Shown here one piece after another: positions 1 through 15,700 of a DNA stretch of 64,000 bases (positions are counted from its first letter, which is position 1; each line of letters opens with the position of its first letter). This DNA is from Phoronis australis. Taxonomy: Eukaryota; Animalia; Phoronida. The translations under genes were made by a program, and so were the position numbers. The notes beneath the pieces were generated by a model that saw nothing but the letters and a program-made list of their open reading frames with translations, searched no databases and was not told the origin of the DNA. The DNA lies in assembly GCA_002633005.1 (NCBI GenBank), contig NMRA01000422.1, positions 1 to 64,000 on the forward strand, written 5' to 3'.

Positions 1-75
1 ACGCCGCCCGGACGGACGGACGGACAGAGATGACGGCATAATGCGTCCACATATAAATATGTGGGCGCATAAAAA
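1..75 (+). mobile_element. 3' end of Helentron/HINE-like non-autonomous element
   Basis: (GACG)n microsatellite, agatgacggca and terminal hairpin atgcgtccacata..tatgtgggcgcat-aaaaa, matching the ends at 5676 and 39976. Confidence 0.7.
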
Positions 76-577
76 GCCAAACTCCTCAGACAATGCCCAA
101 GAAAAAGGCAACGAGCATACTCTATGGCAAGCGTTTAAACTATTATACACTGACAGTGCAGGGGAAAACTTACGTCAAACAAAATAATGCAAATAAACTA
201 CTGACTATCAAGAAACACTTGCTTATGCCGATATCGCCCAAGTCTAACCAAACCCCATTGAATAACTATGTACAGCAGGACGTTGCTCCACTATAAACGT
301 TTGTGGAATGACATTTGATGGTGAAAATTTGGAGGAAAATTTGCAGCAAACTTTCAAACAATTTTGCGTTATTTTTCTTCTACTTCGTCTGCTTCAACAA
401 ACCCAGACAAATTTTGATGAAATGCATTAAATTTCATGCAACATGAACTCCTGCACCTTGTTTTGTTCCGTTCAATCATTGCCACTATACAGCGCAGACA
501 TAACAAGATAGACATGAAATTACATGTACATTGTACGGTCTCCACTGACAATTTGCTAAGTAAAACATTTCTATTAC

Positions 578-788
578 CTGGTTACTTATTTCCAACCATT
601 CATGCTTGCTTGGGAAATGTTTAGCTAAAGACACGTGCTCCGCAGGAATAATGAACATATCACAGGCTAACCTCCGCAGGGGTTCCACTCCCACTCCCTT
701 CGAGACGTCCCACACGACTTCCTGAGGAGGGCCATAGCACCGACTGGTGGGAATTCTCCGACAAAAAGTGACTAGCAACTGATTGGGT
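578..788 (-). CDS. USP40: USP40 exon 25 (last in window)
   Basis: [27 protein letters not shown]...[17 protein letters not shown]|gtaata. Confidence 0.88.
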
Positions 789-3700
789 CTGTGAAGGAGA
801 ACGTGTATGCGTCACACACTACAAGCAGGAACTGTAACTCCCGTAACTTGAAGATAATAAAAATCACCTCCGTTATCTTCTCTACCTCTCACTTGTGGTA
901 TACAGTGTGTGTAACTTTGTTACGTAATAAAACACAGAAAATAGTTGTAACAGACATTTCAAGACAATGGCTGACTTTCGCCATGTTGAAATGCACTATT
1001 CCACCAGACGGTGATCAGATCTTTGGTGTACAGGCGATCAGCATCACCTACAAATCCCAAGTAATGTGGACGGGAAGTTTCGACCAAGTGGTAAAGCCAG
1101 CATTTTAATACCTTGACCTAATAGCTTAAGGAAAATGGCAAAACCTCTTGAAATATCCATGAATGAAGGACACCATGTTCAATACATTTCCACTGCGAAG
1201 ATTTCACGCCCTACAAAGTCCGGGCTGTGACTCATGAAGCAGGAGTCAGAATTTTTATCTCAGCCGATCTCAAAAAGCTAAAATAAATAAGTGAACTTTA
1301 CCTAATCAAACAATGCGATTTATTATTTGTTTTCCGATTAATGAACCACTATGCAGTAATAGAATTTCCGTCCACCAAATCTGAGCTGGGATCAAGCGGA
1401 AGTCATTTTTACACACTCCTTACACTGGAGAGCGTCGATATGAGAAGTCCACAACTGAGTTGAGTTACTTTCACAATCAGTTATTACACTTACCGCAGAT
1501 CTTCCTCATGAGGTAAAAGCTGTACACATATTTCTGATGAATTTGTCACTTTTAACCGCCTGTAAATGACAAGTTAGCTGGTTGAATAGTAAACATTTGC
1601 CATCGAATAATAATGATGCAGCAACAAACGAATGTAAAACCACACAAAAATATCAGTTTGGGGCAAAATGTACCAACTAAGGACCCTGTTCTTGATAATT
1701 TTAAAATACGCAAGAGAGCAATCCGGGGAATTAATATGTACCTACATTTGGGGAAACACAAACTACAATAAAATTGCAACGGTAGTCAGCATGTATTGGC
1801 ATTGAGATTTGTCTTAGGTATAAAGCTCCTAGCAAAAAATACTAACCTATGAGATACAGGCCGATTCCAGGACATCACACACATTATTTGAAAAAAGCAC
1901 AACAAATATCAATTGCACTCTTAACAGTATGCTTGTAGGTATTCGTTAGTATCAAAAAGTGACCGCTAGGTGGCGCAGAATATGTCAAACTTGTCCAAAA
2001 ATGGGAAGACCTACTCATTCCTTAATAGAAACCTTTTTGCCAATAATGAAAATCTATCAAGGAATTTCGAAGATAGAGAGGCAAACACAAAAAATGAAAT
2101 TGTTGCTACAAGGCGCAGCAATAATCAGATCTACCCGACAGAAGTTGTCACCTGTTCTAACCTGGTTGCAAGGGGTTTAGGAGATACATCAGCTGTCGAT
2201 GAAAAAAAAAAACAAAATTGCCACTATGGGGCATCACCGTAGTCAGATCTATCCAGCAGCCATCGTTATCCATAGCCATATTGTTGGGAAAACATGTGCC
2301 AAAGATCCTGCAATTGGTTAAGGAGATATTAATGCAGATGCAAAAACTGAAATTGCCACTAGGATGTGCCGTACTCGTTGGGCGTGTCTGAAAGTCAACA
2401 TAAGCCGCTGCCTTCTGGGGCAGGAACACGAACTCTCATAATCATTTTGATCCTTTGAGAAGTTTGTCAGAAAGAGAGGGGGATGTCAAACAACTGACTC
2501 AAAACTAATAAGAAAGACCACTACGCACAACGAAATACATCAAATCTACCTTCAAATAGGAAGTCATTATTGCCTCCTCAATAGACACCTAATATGTTCA
2601 AAACTTCATGAAAATCCATCAACAAACTCCAAAAATGGATGCAGTGTAAAAAAAACTAAAATTGCCACTAGCAGCAGTTCAGATGATCTGAAATTCATCG
2701 CCATCTGTTGTCAGCTTCACAGGAACACATTTCTGACACCTCATTAAGATCCCGCAGTGGAGACAGACGTCAGACAGTCAGTCAGAGATGACAGACTTTG
2801 CAGTCACATAAACTATGTGTGATGTGATCGCATAAAATGGAAAATTCAACGTTTTATAAAAACTTAACATCATGACAAGTCGACGAAAGCTTCTGTGTCG
2901 ATTCTTAAGGCCCTGCCACACCTAACTCAGAACATCTTAATCCAAGTCCGTTCGACTACCTTGATGAACCAGGTTGGGAATGGGTAGAAATTGGCAATTT
3001 TGGTCAGAAACATGACTCGAGTGCGACGTCATCCACCGAGTTCTCATCAGATTATACAATATGCTCAACAAGCTCCCACTCGGTTTCGCGCCATTTCAAG
3101 ATCATACTGAGAACTACCTAAGTGTGACTGAGAATAAGTGAGAGAAACAGTGTCTTCTGAGAACAAGACCTTCAACAGATTGCTGGATGAGTACATTCCC
3201 GAAACTCATGGCCTATCTGCATCACTCTTCATCATAAATGACTACGGTTGAGAACCAGACTATATGGTACACTCAAAGCCATCGAGTTGTTCACCTTTTA
3301 TCTAACCAGTGATCTTCAGCTGCTGCTCCAGTAAAAGCTGTCTTAGCAAGTAATAGTTAGTAGTAGTAACAGTTGCTCTAGTTGATAAACCCACACCTCT
3401 ACTGGGTTGCCCAACTTTGTCACCAAATGTTATGGAAGTTGATGTAATTAGACCAGAACTGCTCAGCACAATTACACAAGATTATCACGTCAGGAAAGAC
3501 TCCAAAAAATCTGTTTCGCCAATGTGTAGATGGGCCACACGCTTCAAAAGGTAGTTCCCATAGTATATGTTAAGCTAAATGACACCAGGCAACTCACTGG
3601 AGTGTTTGATTCGAATTCCTCAGAACTGCTGTAGGTCTACATTTCTCCTGAAGCCTCACTCTCAAAAAGTCCACTGACGGCACTGGTGCAGCTGCCATGG

Positions 3701-6700
3701 CTTCTAATGACAGAATTAGAATCTTCAAATCGAGAAGAGTGCACAACTTTCCTATTTCGACTTCACCAAGCCGTATAAGCTTTGGCATCTCTTGTGAATC
3801 AGTCATTGAGTTTTGTTGTTGACCTGAGAACAGATTTAAAAAATTCATTAATTTGGTTCACAACAATTTTATTCCTTTCAAATTGCTGGTTAATACAGAC
3901 GATAAAGTAAACTCCTTTTCTTAATTCAACACAAAAAAATAAAAAAAGAAATTAAAACGAAAGCATGGAGATGAAATAATGCAAACACAAACATTTAACT
4001 GCAAATTGTTGCATACTACAACAGCCTGTTTCACTAAAATCATGTAATTTTAAGATGTTTTCTTTCCAGAGTCTAAATGGAGACTTACGACTAGTTGATA
4101 AGTTTTGGTGTAATTTTCCAGTTAGACTCTGTGAAAAAAATGTGGTAATACAATAATATTTTAGTAAAGTGGCCCCCTGGACCATTTACACGATGTGCCA
4201 GACACCCTTTGGGTCACAGCTGTCAACATCACTAGGAACAAAAAGGACACGTGACACTTCAGTAAAACTTCTCTAGTTATTCAGCTTTCCATTTCTTTAT
4301 ACTAAATTAATTCATATCAATCAAAAGACCATGGTCGGTCTCGGACAGTTACACACCCCATATACCATAACAACAAGAGCAACGTGGATCATTGAAATGC
4401 ACCCACGAATGTATCGGTAACGGTGTGCTTCTGGGGGTGTATACTTGTATCATAAAAATGGCCATTAGATGGCTCAAAATACATCGAATCCATCCGAAAA
4501 TGGGAACATATCACTTTTTTAATAGAAAGCTATTTACCAAATTTCATAAAAATCTGACAAAGAACTTCAGAGAAGCAACGGAAAGCAGAAAAAACGAAAT
4601 TGGAGGGCATAGCGTTCACCGGATTCATCTGAAAGTCATCCTCGTCCGTTGACAGTTTCATATAATAATACACTTGCTAAATTGAATAAAGATCCTGCAG
4701 TAGATTTAGGAGATACAGCAATGAGCGCAATACAAACTGGCACTAGGAGGCGCCACAGTAGTCAAAGTCATCGGAAAATAATCATCAACCATCCTCTTCA
4801 TGCTAAGAACATGTATGCCAATTTTCACAATCATCCTTAGAATTGTTTGGTTGACAGGGGAGCGGAAAACAACAACAATGGCCATTAGGTGGCACAAAAT
4901 ACCTCAATTATATCCAAAAACGAGAGGAAAGTGTCATCTCACCAATAGATGCCTATATTCCAAATTTTATGAAAATCTGTTGAGGACCTTTCGAAGATGT
5001 AACGGTAAACGTAAAAAACTAAAATTGCCACTAGGGGGCACACTGTTAGTCAGATCCTCCCGAATGTCGATGTCCTCGACCATTGTCAAAATCATAAAAA
5101 TACACCTGCTAAATTAAGTAACGATCCTGCACAGTTTTAAGGAGATAAAGCCATAGGAGCTAAAAACCAAAACTGCCACTAAGAGGCTCCACAGTAGTCC
5201 AAGTCGTCGGAAAATCATTGTCATTCATCCTGTTCATAGTAAGAACATACATGCCAATTTTCACAATCATTCTGAGAGTGGTTTGGTCGATAGAGGGGTG
5301 GTTGCCAAAAAAAAGACTAGAAAACAGTAAAAATGGCCACTAGGTGGTGCAAAATGCCTTGAATCCATCCGAAAACAGGAGAATAGTGTCATCTCATTAA
5401 TAGATGCCTATGTGGCAAATTTCATGAAAATCGGTTGAGGATTTTTGAAGATACAAGACAAACGTAAAAAACTCAAGTTGCCACTAGGGGGCACAGCGGT
5501 ACTCGGTACGGTCCGAAACTCGTCGTCCTTTGTCCTCAACCCCATAGAAACACACCTGCCAAATTTCAATATCTTGCAAGGGGTTTAGGAGACACAGCTG
5601 CGGATGCCAGACGCCCAGACAGAGCTGACGGCAATATGCACCCACAAAATTATAAATAATTATGTGGGCGCATAAATCAGTGCCCGATTTATAGGAGGGC
5701 AAAGGGAGTAACTATCATGCCCGCTCCTGGAGGGCACACTCAATACGAAAGGAACAGAGTAACAATTGATTACATCACCAAGGACTATCTTTTAGAGGAA
5801 GGCCCCGTAACATGACAGGATGTCTAACTCAGCAAAAATAAGAAAAGAATATAGTCACCCATCAACAATGGACGGACCTCTTTTAGACAAAAAGATCAAC
5901 AACATGGGGTACCAAGGTTGCCAAATCCGCCATATGTTGATTATCTCAAAAACTGCTTCACTGATCACAATGAAATTCGAAATGGAAGTATATCGCAAGA
6001 ATGTGCCGGCACCAGCCAATTTTTGGGCATTGGATTCATCTACTTTGGCAACCCATTAGTTTTCGACTGCTCAAGTCATTGCTTGTCCGCCGATTATCTC
6101 GAAACCGCTTAACGGATCATGAAGATATTTGGCAGAGATAGACGGCTGGCATGCACCAGCACCGATCGATTTGGCTACCATAGCACCCCCTGTTGGCCAT
6201 CTTAGTTTTTGACAAGACAGGTTGATTATTTCAAAAACAGCGTTTTATATTTCAGCCTAATTAAAAATTATGGGTCCATCTATCATTTATCACTTTTTGT
6301 CCGCTTGGCAGATCATGATCAAATTTGGTACAGAGGCAATCGGCATGGATACGTCAGCACCGTCAGTTACTACTGAACTGCTTGACGGATCTTGATGACA
6401 TTTGGCATAGAGACAGATGGCTGGTATGCACTGGCAACAGTCGATTTTTGGACAGATTTGGCTACTGTAGCACCCATTGTGGGGCATTTTAGTTTTTGAC
6501 GAGACAGGTTGATTATCTCAAAAAGTGCAAGGCACAACTGGATGAAATTCGGCACAAAGATATATAGCAGGGATGTATGCATTGACAGAAGTTGTTTTCG
6601 TTTTGATTCGACCACCCTCTTGGCTTTGGACAGGACAACTAGTTCTTGTCTGTCGATCATCTAAGTTCTTAACAGGTCATCCTGGAGGCAACTTGTTTGC

Positions 6701-9700
6701 AAGTGTTGGATTTTATGGGTCGTGGGTTGGAGAAATGAATGAAAAATATGGGCAGTGGGTACGAAATAAAAGTGACTTCCCTCCTCCCATACATTTTTTG
6801 CTGAAACAGCACTAAGATGAAAAACTACATCGAAGTTAAAAAAATGTGATTTAGAGGACCTTTAATGTGGCAGCATATCATAAAAACTGAATGAAGAAAC
6901 AAATACTGCAAAATTTTTAAGAACTGACAAGAGAAAACGCGGCACTGCCAACTGCGCTCAGTTATATGTGTTTAACACAAAAAAGCAGTATTTTACTAAT
7001 TAAAAAAATTGCTTGTATATAAATTTGTCTTTAAGACCTCATACTTTCTAAGAAAGTCTTTATCCACATCATCTTGTCTGGACTGGTTCCTTCGGGACTG
7101 TACAGCCATACAGGAAGACAGAGTTGACCCTGCAACATATAGCATAGCTGTGAAGAGTTTTCAATTTCTTAAAATACAACAAAGTCAAAAAACAACAACT
7201 TAACTGTCACAAATTTCTCAAAAAATAGATGTCAAGTTTAATTTACTTCAGGTATGGCATGATAGTTTGTGCCACACAGCTGTCACTTAACAAGATATTC
7301 TCGATTTTACATCTAAACAGACGATGGAAAGACTTGCAACTCAGATTTGCTAACAGAACAGCTGCAGTTAAAAGAGATTAATGAACCTTGGGAGGTAATC
7401 TGCCTTTCTTAAGTAACAGGCGATTCCCATCTCTAATGTTGCACTGCTCCAAGGTCAGTTCAAGGTCATCCAACATGGCATCTTCCTCACCACACCAATT
7501 TGTTTTCCTGAGATGCCACTCCTCGCCTGCAAGACATTAAAGACTCATTTAACAAATGAATCAATATAAAGGACTGTTCAAAATTGACAGTTTTATATTT
7601 TTCAAGGGCTGGTTACTAGGCTGTTTATAACGGTAACATTGGCGAATATTATTTTATGACATCTACGCAGTACAGCCTATTCTAGTGATCAACTAAAATT
7701 TTTTTAATCTATATTTCTGTGGAGAAATATGATAAAATAAAATTGCACTCATTGGCCATAATGTGCACTAGATTGGTGAAGAACTATAATTGTAAACATT
7801 AAACTTTTATCAAATAAAATACAAAAAGCGTAAAAAACCACAGAGCAACACGTACAGAATAAAAACCAGAAGGGTCCCATGTCTTTGAAACAAACCCAGG
7901 ACGTGCGGCAACATGTGTTGTGAGGGATGCCAAGCAAAAGTCAATCCATTTTTGATTATCCATTCATCACAATATTTATTACTATCTAATCATCAGAATT
8001 TCAGAAGATTTTTATCAGCACTGAGACAAGTATGACTCAAAAAGTGGCTTTTGACAACTAAGAACTTAGAATACAGCTTTTTACATCCCTTTACAGAAGA
8101 ACATTTTTATAACTGAATTTTCGCAAGATGCCATCATTTCAGCATTAGCAAACAAGGGTTAGTCTACCCACCACATAAACCTGCCATGCTGGTCATAGTT
8201 TCAAGACAACTCAGTATAGTCGAATTTCTCTCGATTATCACATCCATGTCCAATTGGTTGACTTCAGGCATGCCAAATGTGAGTGATATCTGCAATGTAA
8301 CTTTTTAACTCATATAACTACTAAACAGATCAGTTTTAAGAGATAACAAAGCCATTGATATCTTCCACGGTGTAGTGAGCCTTGAATGGTTGAGTGGCAA
8401 ACATATGGTCATTATTTTCACCTCAGCAAGTCATTAGATACAGATGGCTATGTCAGTGGGCCCACAGTGGTTAGGTGATAACTTGATCTACTAGATGGTA
8501 ACATTTCACCAATTTACATTACCAGCAATATTGAAACCGTGAATTGCGCATGCGCGAAAATCACTCAGTTAGCCCCCTTCAGAATACATGGGATTCGCAG
8601 AAAACACAGCGTGAGGGTCTTATTTATGAATCAATCACATTTGCCGATAGCACATAACATAGATAAGTATTTTGTTAAAAACGTGGCCAAGTTTCAGCAA
8701 AATTGGAAAAAATTTTATGTTTAACATGGTATGGCCAAAGTTTTGGCTTATTTTGTCGCTTCGGTCAGTGGAATCGCCACTAAAATCCCGAAAGTGCATG
8801 TGAGAAAACGATAATTTTCGACCAAGCCTTTCATGTGCGGTTAGTTGCCGATAGACCCAACAGATGTCAGTATAATCAAGATTGAAATGTAGAATTTTGA
8901 ATAAAATTAGACAAAATTTTGTATTTAACATGGGGTCGCCGAAAATTGCCAATTTTGGCCTTTTGATATCAGTTTATCGTCATAGACTATCATTAGTGGG
9001 TCTAGTTAATTCGAAGTCTTTGGTTAAATCACTGATAATATTCACACCAGTATACTAATAAACGTTTTCTCTATATAGAACAGTTTGATTCCAATGCTTA
9101 AGTAGTGCGTATAACAGAGATTGGCCCTTGACCGGCCCGGCCAGAGGAGCAGAAAATTCAGCTCTAGGCCAAAGTAGCTATATGCGGAAAACTCAGTCAC
9201 CTGAGGTGTTTACGATCCACTTCAGAGAAAAAAACCTCGTTGTATCTAACAATAATTTGTTTCCGAGTACTTTGGGCATGGTTTAAAATTGAAAGGGGTC
9301 ATTATGATTTATGAGAATTGTATTGTTGCATTGCGAACTGAAAACTATTGACGGGTAGTGGGAGATAAGGCAACGAGTAAGGACAGCTTTGATTTGCTTA
9401 CGAGTAGTGACTCATGATTGGCCAGACATCTGTAATGATATGATTTGTCTTTCCTTTTGAACGGAATACATTTGAACTTTGGTAATTTTGGGCTACAAAA
9501 TGTAGAACAACCTTCCTGGGTGCTTCTCTCCAGTAGACACGCGGAGAGTGAAGCGCTAACTGGTCCATAAGCGCTGACCTAGTTTACGCAGAGAACCTGG
9601 CGGATGACCTAGTTTACGAATTGCTGGTAATGAGGGTTACAATATGGCCGAAAAGTGAAATAATTTTGCTTTTTCATTTTTCTCATAAAAGATAAGTAAG

Positions 9701-12700
9701 ACCAAATCAATTAGGAGTAATTTTGGGGATTCGCAAGCATTCAAAGCTTTAGAGAAATGAAAAAGGAACAATTTTGGTAATTATTTTGTCTGAAATTTGT
9801 GAGATATTAATTGTAACCCGAATTAATACACTGACAAACAACGATTGTCACATTTTAGTTATAGGTCCCTCATTTCAGGAAGGCTTCCATGTGGGGTTCT
9901 AGAAATATGCCACTTTGAGAACATTCGCCCTGGGGCTTACTAATAGATTCTTTTCGCATCAGCAAAGCGTTTCTCTCGTCATTCCTCAGTGACGACAGTG
10001 GACAAATGTGTGACTGAGTGACATATTTCAACACATTTCTAAAACACTATATACACCTTATTCATGCAGTTGCCATTTAAAAAGAGAGCCTCTTTTTAGT
10101 TTAAAAAATGCATTCTGCGCAGAGCATGATATTTTCGCATGCCTCGTTATATTTATGTCTCAAATGCATAGTTTTTTAAACCTAAAAAGAGGCTCACTAC
10201 TAAAATGGCGACTGTGTGAATAAGGTCGATACCTGATTATCTGTTGGCGGAAGACCTCTTTCAAGAACCAAGGAAGCACCAGGTTTTATTCCTGCATCCG
10301 CCACACTCTGCAGTTCATGTACTATAAGCAAAGGCAGCATTGTCCTTTTATGCACATTTTTGCGTCCTTATCATCGTTACAGTTCTTCAAACCCAAAACA
10401 TCAAGGAACTTCTCGGACAGACCAGAAATACAGTGTCGTAAATGTTGAGACAAAAAGACTACTTCCTTTTCGACTGGCAAGTACTGGGTAAAAATAAGTC
10501 TTTAAGTCACATTTCATGGAACAGACTCCAGAAGAATTAATTTAAAGTGGTTCACGAAGACTAGATTCATATTTTTGGGAAACACGATTTGAAACAGCAC
10601 GGTATTGCTTCAGGGACGTTTCAAATGTCTTTCACATCATTCTATGGATAATGTATGAAGATGTCACTTTTCAAATTTTGATCCCTGAAACAACTAATCT
10701 GGTAATAGTTTAAGTCCATCAATTGTCAACTAAGACATTGTTGTACTTTTCTTACAGCAGTCAAGCTCTCCAATGCATGAAATCTCACCATTACAATAAG
10801 CCCATGGAAAGCAGTGCTGCTGATAATACAAAGATCTCCACCACTTTTTGCTGAAAGGGTCCCTAGGAAAGGGCCCCTGAGGATCTTTTTGTATGCAAAA
10901 CCACATCCAAAAAAAAGGATTTTCAAAATTCCCCAATACACCTCATTACTTACAAGGTGGTCCAAATCCCAGGTTAGGGTCCTCCAGTCGGAGACGACAC
11001 ACTGTGACGAGCGCGACTGAAAAGGCGTCCACAGCTCTGGACTTGACATCCTGCACTAACTACAAGCAGAATTTAAATAGCATGGTGTACAGTCTCCAAG
11101 AAGAGAATTGAATCAAGTAAAGCTACATATTTTCAGTTGTAGTCTTTTGTAGCTTATCAATGAAGAAATCGCGTCATGGTTGGCAGCTAAATATTGTTGA
11201 CAGCACCGAGATGACAGTAAACACACCAAGGATATACAACTAGTATAAATACTTTCAGACATGCACCTGTATAATTGTGCGTGTCTGAAGAAATAATTCT
11301 GAAACTAGAAGAGTTAGCACTAAGATTTCTGCCACAATTGAATTCAACGTTAGTTTTTTGACATTTTAAATGGCCTGAAACGTGTTTTAGTTTAAGTTGA
11401 ATTAACTGGTGTTCAGACCCCCAAAACTGCCACTCAGTATAACATTACGTAAACAATTATACTGTAAACTCGCGGGTTAACGCCCATGCCCGGGTAATCA
11501 CCCATCCTCGACTTTTGTTCAATTTTCGGTTTAAGGGCCCATTTCTTGGGTAATCGCCCATCCCCTACATTCCCAATTTCCACGTAAGCACCCACCTCTT
11601 ACGTAATCGCTCATCCCCCCCCCGTCTCAGGGTTTTCCAATTTAAGCGCCCAGGGCATTAACCCGCGAGTTTATGGTAGTATTTTGCATGTATTAAAAGC
11701 ACACACACTTAATAAACTTTACATACACGTTATACTTTGTGTAATCCGTAAATTCTAAACTGGGTATTTTTTTCAATTTTCATCATTCTCATTCAAATTT
11801 GTTAAATAAACATCTGAATTGGATGCACATCAATTTATTGTCATCCCTGGAGTAACCAGCAAGGAAACCTTTGCTCGCATGCCATTGAAACTTTGCTCAT
11901 TGATTTTACACATTGTGTATTGCAAATAGGCGAAGCTTTCCATGCACGAATCTAAACGTGGGCATACAATATCTGTAACCAATTTGACCAAACATGTCTT
12001 TACCGTGCTTTTTTGAATCTCCAGGTACGTTTGTTTAGAAGTCTCGCCAACGTCCTCCTCCACCCTGTTCTCAATAGCTACCCTAAAACTGCTCGCATCA
12101 ACAGAGATGATTTGCTCCGATTTGGACCTGAAAATGGGTAGTAAACAGGATTAGACAAGACACGATGCAATAACATAAATTATTGTAAGTCGTTTTAAAT
12201 GCTTCCAGGAATGCTTTCTGAGGAGGTAAGACACTCGTGAGCAAAGCTAGAATGATCACGTGCTTCACATGTAATGCAGGACAATATCTTGCGTGATCTC
12301 GCTTTTCTCACAAAAAATTTACTCTACATAATGCAGCCCAAGTTTCATTATTACCAAAGGAATGTCATTTATGTACTCAAGTCTCTGTGAATTCATCATA
12401 TTCTGGAATTTTTAACCTTCTTTTCAAATGGTTTAAATGCCTCGCCTTTTTGGTATGTCTAATTCTGGGTTGTTCCCCTAAGTGAACGAAACGGCAAAAT
12501 GAGACGGATAAAACTCGGAAGAAAAATATGCATCGTGTTTCCTGGTGAAGGATTTGCTAGTAAGCTCAAACATCACTGTAAAACAACAAAATGATCATCT
12601 TCATTATTTACCTAGAAGCTTTCTGAATAAACAAACAGTCGTTATCGTTGAGACTCATATCTTGTATAGCTTTACACATGTCATCTACACACAGTGGTTG

Positions 12701-15700
12701 TAGTGTAACGCTGTCATCTGAAAACACAAGTTTAGACTGCAGACTACGATCAACAGAACTTCCAAGCACACCCAACATAGTGCCTGACAATAACATTGTG
12801 CCAGTCGCAGTGATCGTGCACAACATGTTATGGCAATCACTAATTGCACTGCTCGATAGCCAATTTCTTGTGCAGACTGAAGTAATTCTTCAAGTCATGA
12901 AATAAGGCAAATGAACGCCGTGTATTGTAGTTTTCCTGGATTGTTATACAACTGAGGTTGATCTTGAAGTACTTGTCGCTTGCTGATCTGTCTCAAAATT
13001 AGTTTACATTACCACAGTTTTTACAGCCAAAAATGGCCCCTGCTATCGGTTTAAAGATTTGCAAGTTCAGCGGCTCAAATCCTTGATACCACATGATAGG
13101 GATTCGTTAGATTACAGCAACAACTTTGAAAAATGACAACAGAGCCTAAATTGTTACTGGTTCACTGAAGTCTTCAGAAAGATTCCTACCTTTAATGACC
13201 TTGCGAGAAAGCTGCATTGTCATTGGATCAAAGCCAACTATCTCCTTTAGTATATTGCACATTTCTTTCACAGTCGCACACTTTGAGACTCCAAACTTTT
13301 TGTGTTCTCCTTCCATAGTGTTGTCAAGGATGAACTCAATTAGCACTGGCTCAGAGGCCTTACCAGTAGGAACGACCAGACCATTCATCTTAGAAACAAA
13401 AAGCAAGTTATAGCAGCACTCATAATAATTTCATCAGTACAAACTAGTAAGAATTAATAAAAGTCACCATGTATTAACTAAGAAATTGACGGGCCTTTGA
13501 GCTGTCTCATTAAGGCAATGTGTATAATCAAGAGTACAGTACATGGACCGACAACTCTGTATATTCTCAATGGGCAAGATCTGCGATCTTGTGCAGAAGC
13601 CAAGACCAACACCACTCAGTAGCGGCACCCGGTGCGATGGCCCGTTTTGCTTTTGGCAAGCCAGTATGCAATCTGCTCTCTAATCGGAAGCTGACGCGCA
13701 CATTGAGAGAGAGAGAGAGGCACCTCCTTAAGGAATTTCAAAATAATGAAAATATCAAAGTTGCAAATCTGTTGTCCATGACCTGTGATGTAATGACATG
13801 TTCGTCAACTAATATCCTCATCTTCAAAAAATAAAAAACTAGCAGGCTAGAAATGGAGAGAAAGTTCATTGTACAGCCACACTAACCTCACTTCCATTCC
13901 AACAATAGAGGTCGCTGCCACTGACAACACCTACATCTTTCAAGATGGCTGCCTCATTTGAGCTCACTTCATCATACAGGTGAAAACCAGCGGCAAGGTT
14001 GCGCATAGTGTGAATACAGGTCCACTCCTGGCTGGGTGACTGAAATCCCATACTGACTGTTATTGTAAGCACAATGGCATTCAAATGTATGCAGTCATGA
14101 GCAAAAAACATTCAAAGGTTTCCCCCAGGAAGTTTTCCTAAATTCAAGAAACTCTTAACAATCAAAAACTTTATGTGGGATAAAACCATAAATCCGCGAA
14201 CACTCACAATACAGTGACATCTATAAGCAAATACGGGACTGGCCACGAATGTCATTCACAGATATAGGATCAATATTAGAATTTGCAACATGGAAGGAAT
14301 GTTGCCACAGACAACTGAACCCATTGACATGTTTACGATGACACAGCAATCAAGTTTAGCAACAACTGGACTGCTACACACATGCATTACCATCTGCTGG
14401 AGACTGCTTAACAGACAAGAGCATCTATTTAATTAATGCAATGGCTATTCAATTATCCCTCTGTCTGCATAATTCCAAAACATTGCGTTTAACTTCTTGA
14501 GTGCAGCTTTAGTGAAACCATAAACTTTAAATAAAGTGACTGCAGACTTGACATTATGCTTTTAGGTAATCGGCATTTTGTGGGATGTGAGGGACGCTGA
14601 GGTACTCCAATTTTCCTGGTTATCAATTCAAAACTGAGTTACACACAAATTGTTGAGAACGTGACTCAGTCAAGACTAGTGACAAAACGTGTGCACTCTT
14701 TCAGAGAAATGAGAGACTACCTTGTACTAGACACACTGCCCTCTATCACATATACAGTAGTTTTTGAAAAAAATGTTGACAAACGGCGGCAAAAAAATTT
14801 CTGGCCTTGCCAAAGTTACGACGAGACTCCTAAAAATACATGCGATGGAAAACCACTTTCCTCCGCCAATTTTCAAACAGAAGGTTTATCCTAAATTCTA
14901 TCTAAAAGCTATTGTAGCCACAGTGCTGCATACCAGTACCACATTATATGCTAAACACTATTTTCTAGGAAAATATTGACGCATCCAATTGAAGTTTTAT
15001 AGTGTGTGGCAATACCGATACCAAAATAAAATTCATAAGGTGGGATGGACATTGTATGGACACAGTATTTTCACACATTATTTACCTGACTGCGAATTAG
15101 CTCCCTGAGATCATCAACCGTTTTCCGTCGATCGAGTGTGACTGAGACAGGTAAACTTCCATTATCCAATACATGTAATGCACCGTCATGGTAAGAGTAG
15201 TTCTCGGAGAAATGGATTTTAAGCTCGAGTCTGTTAATGGCTTCATCGTATTCAATCCTGATAAAAGAGTACAGAATTGTCAACAAAATGACTCACTTCG
15301 AGTGAAAGAAGTTAATTTCTTAGAAACACAGCGTCCTTCAATTACAGCCACCATAAATGCTTACTTAATCATCAATTTTCTCATTCAAGAAATTGAAAAG
15401 AACAGCTTGACTGTCAAAGATTTTTACTCGACGTCTGAATTATGGTTCATTTTCTAGTAGGTATTATCAATGCAAATAAGTCACAAGTCTGACTAGTGGA
15501 CAATTTCTAGATGCCTGGTTATCCAAATCAAAACATCCTGAAATTGCCTGCGTCTCTAGCTCACAGGTATCCTGTTCACAATATTCTATTGATGAAATTA
15601 TCTACAGGTTTTCCATAAAGCTCACATACAGTACAAGCTAAGAGTATTCAGACAACATGACACAGAATTCCCAGTCATGATGGCTACATGGGAGCCAAAT

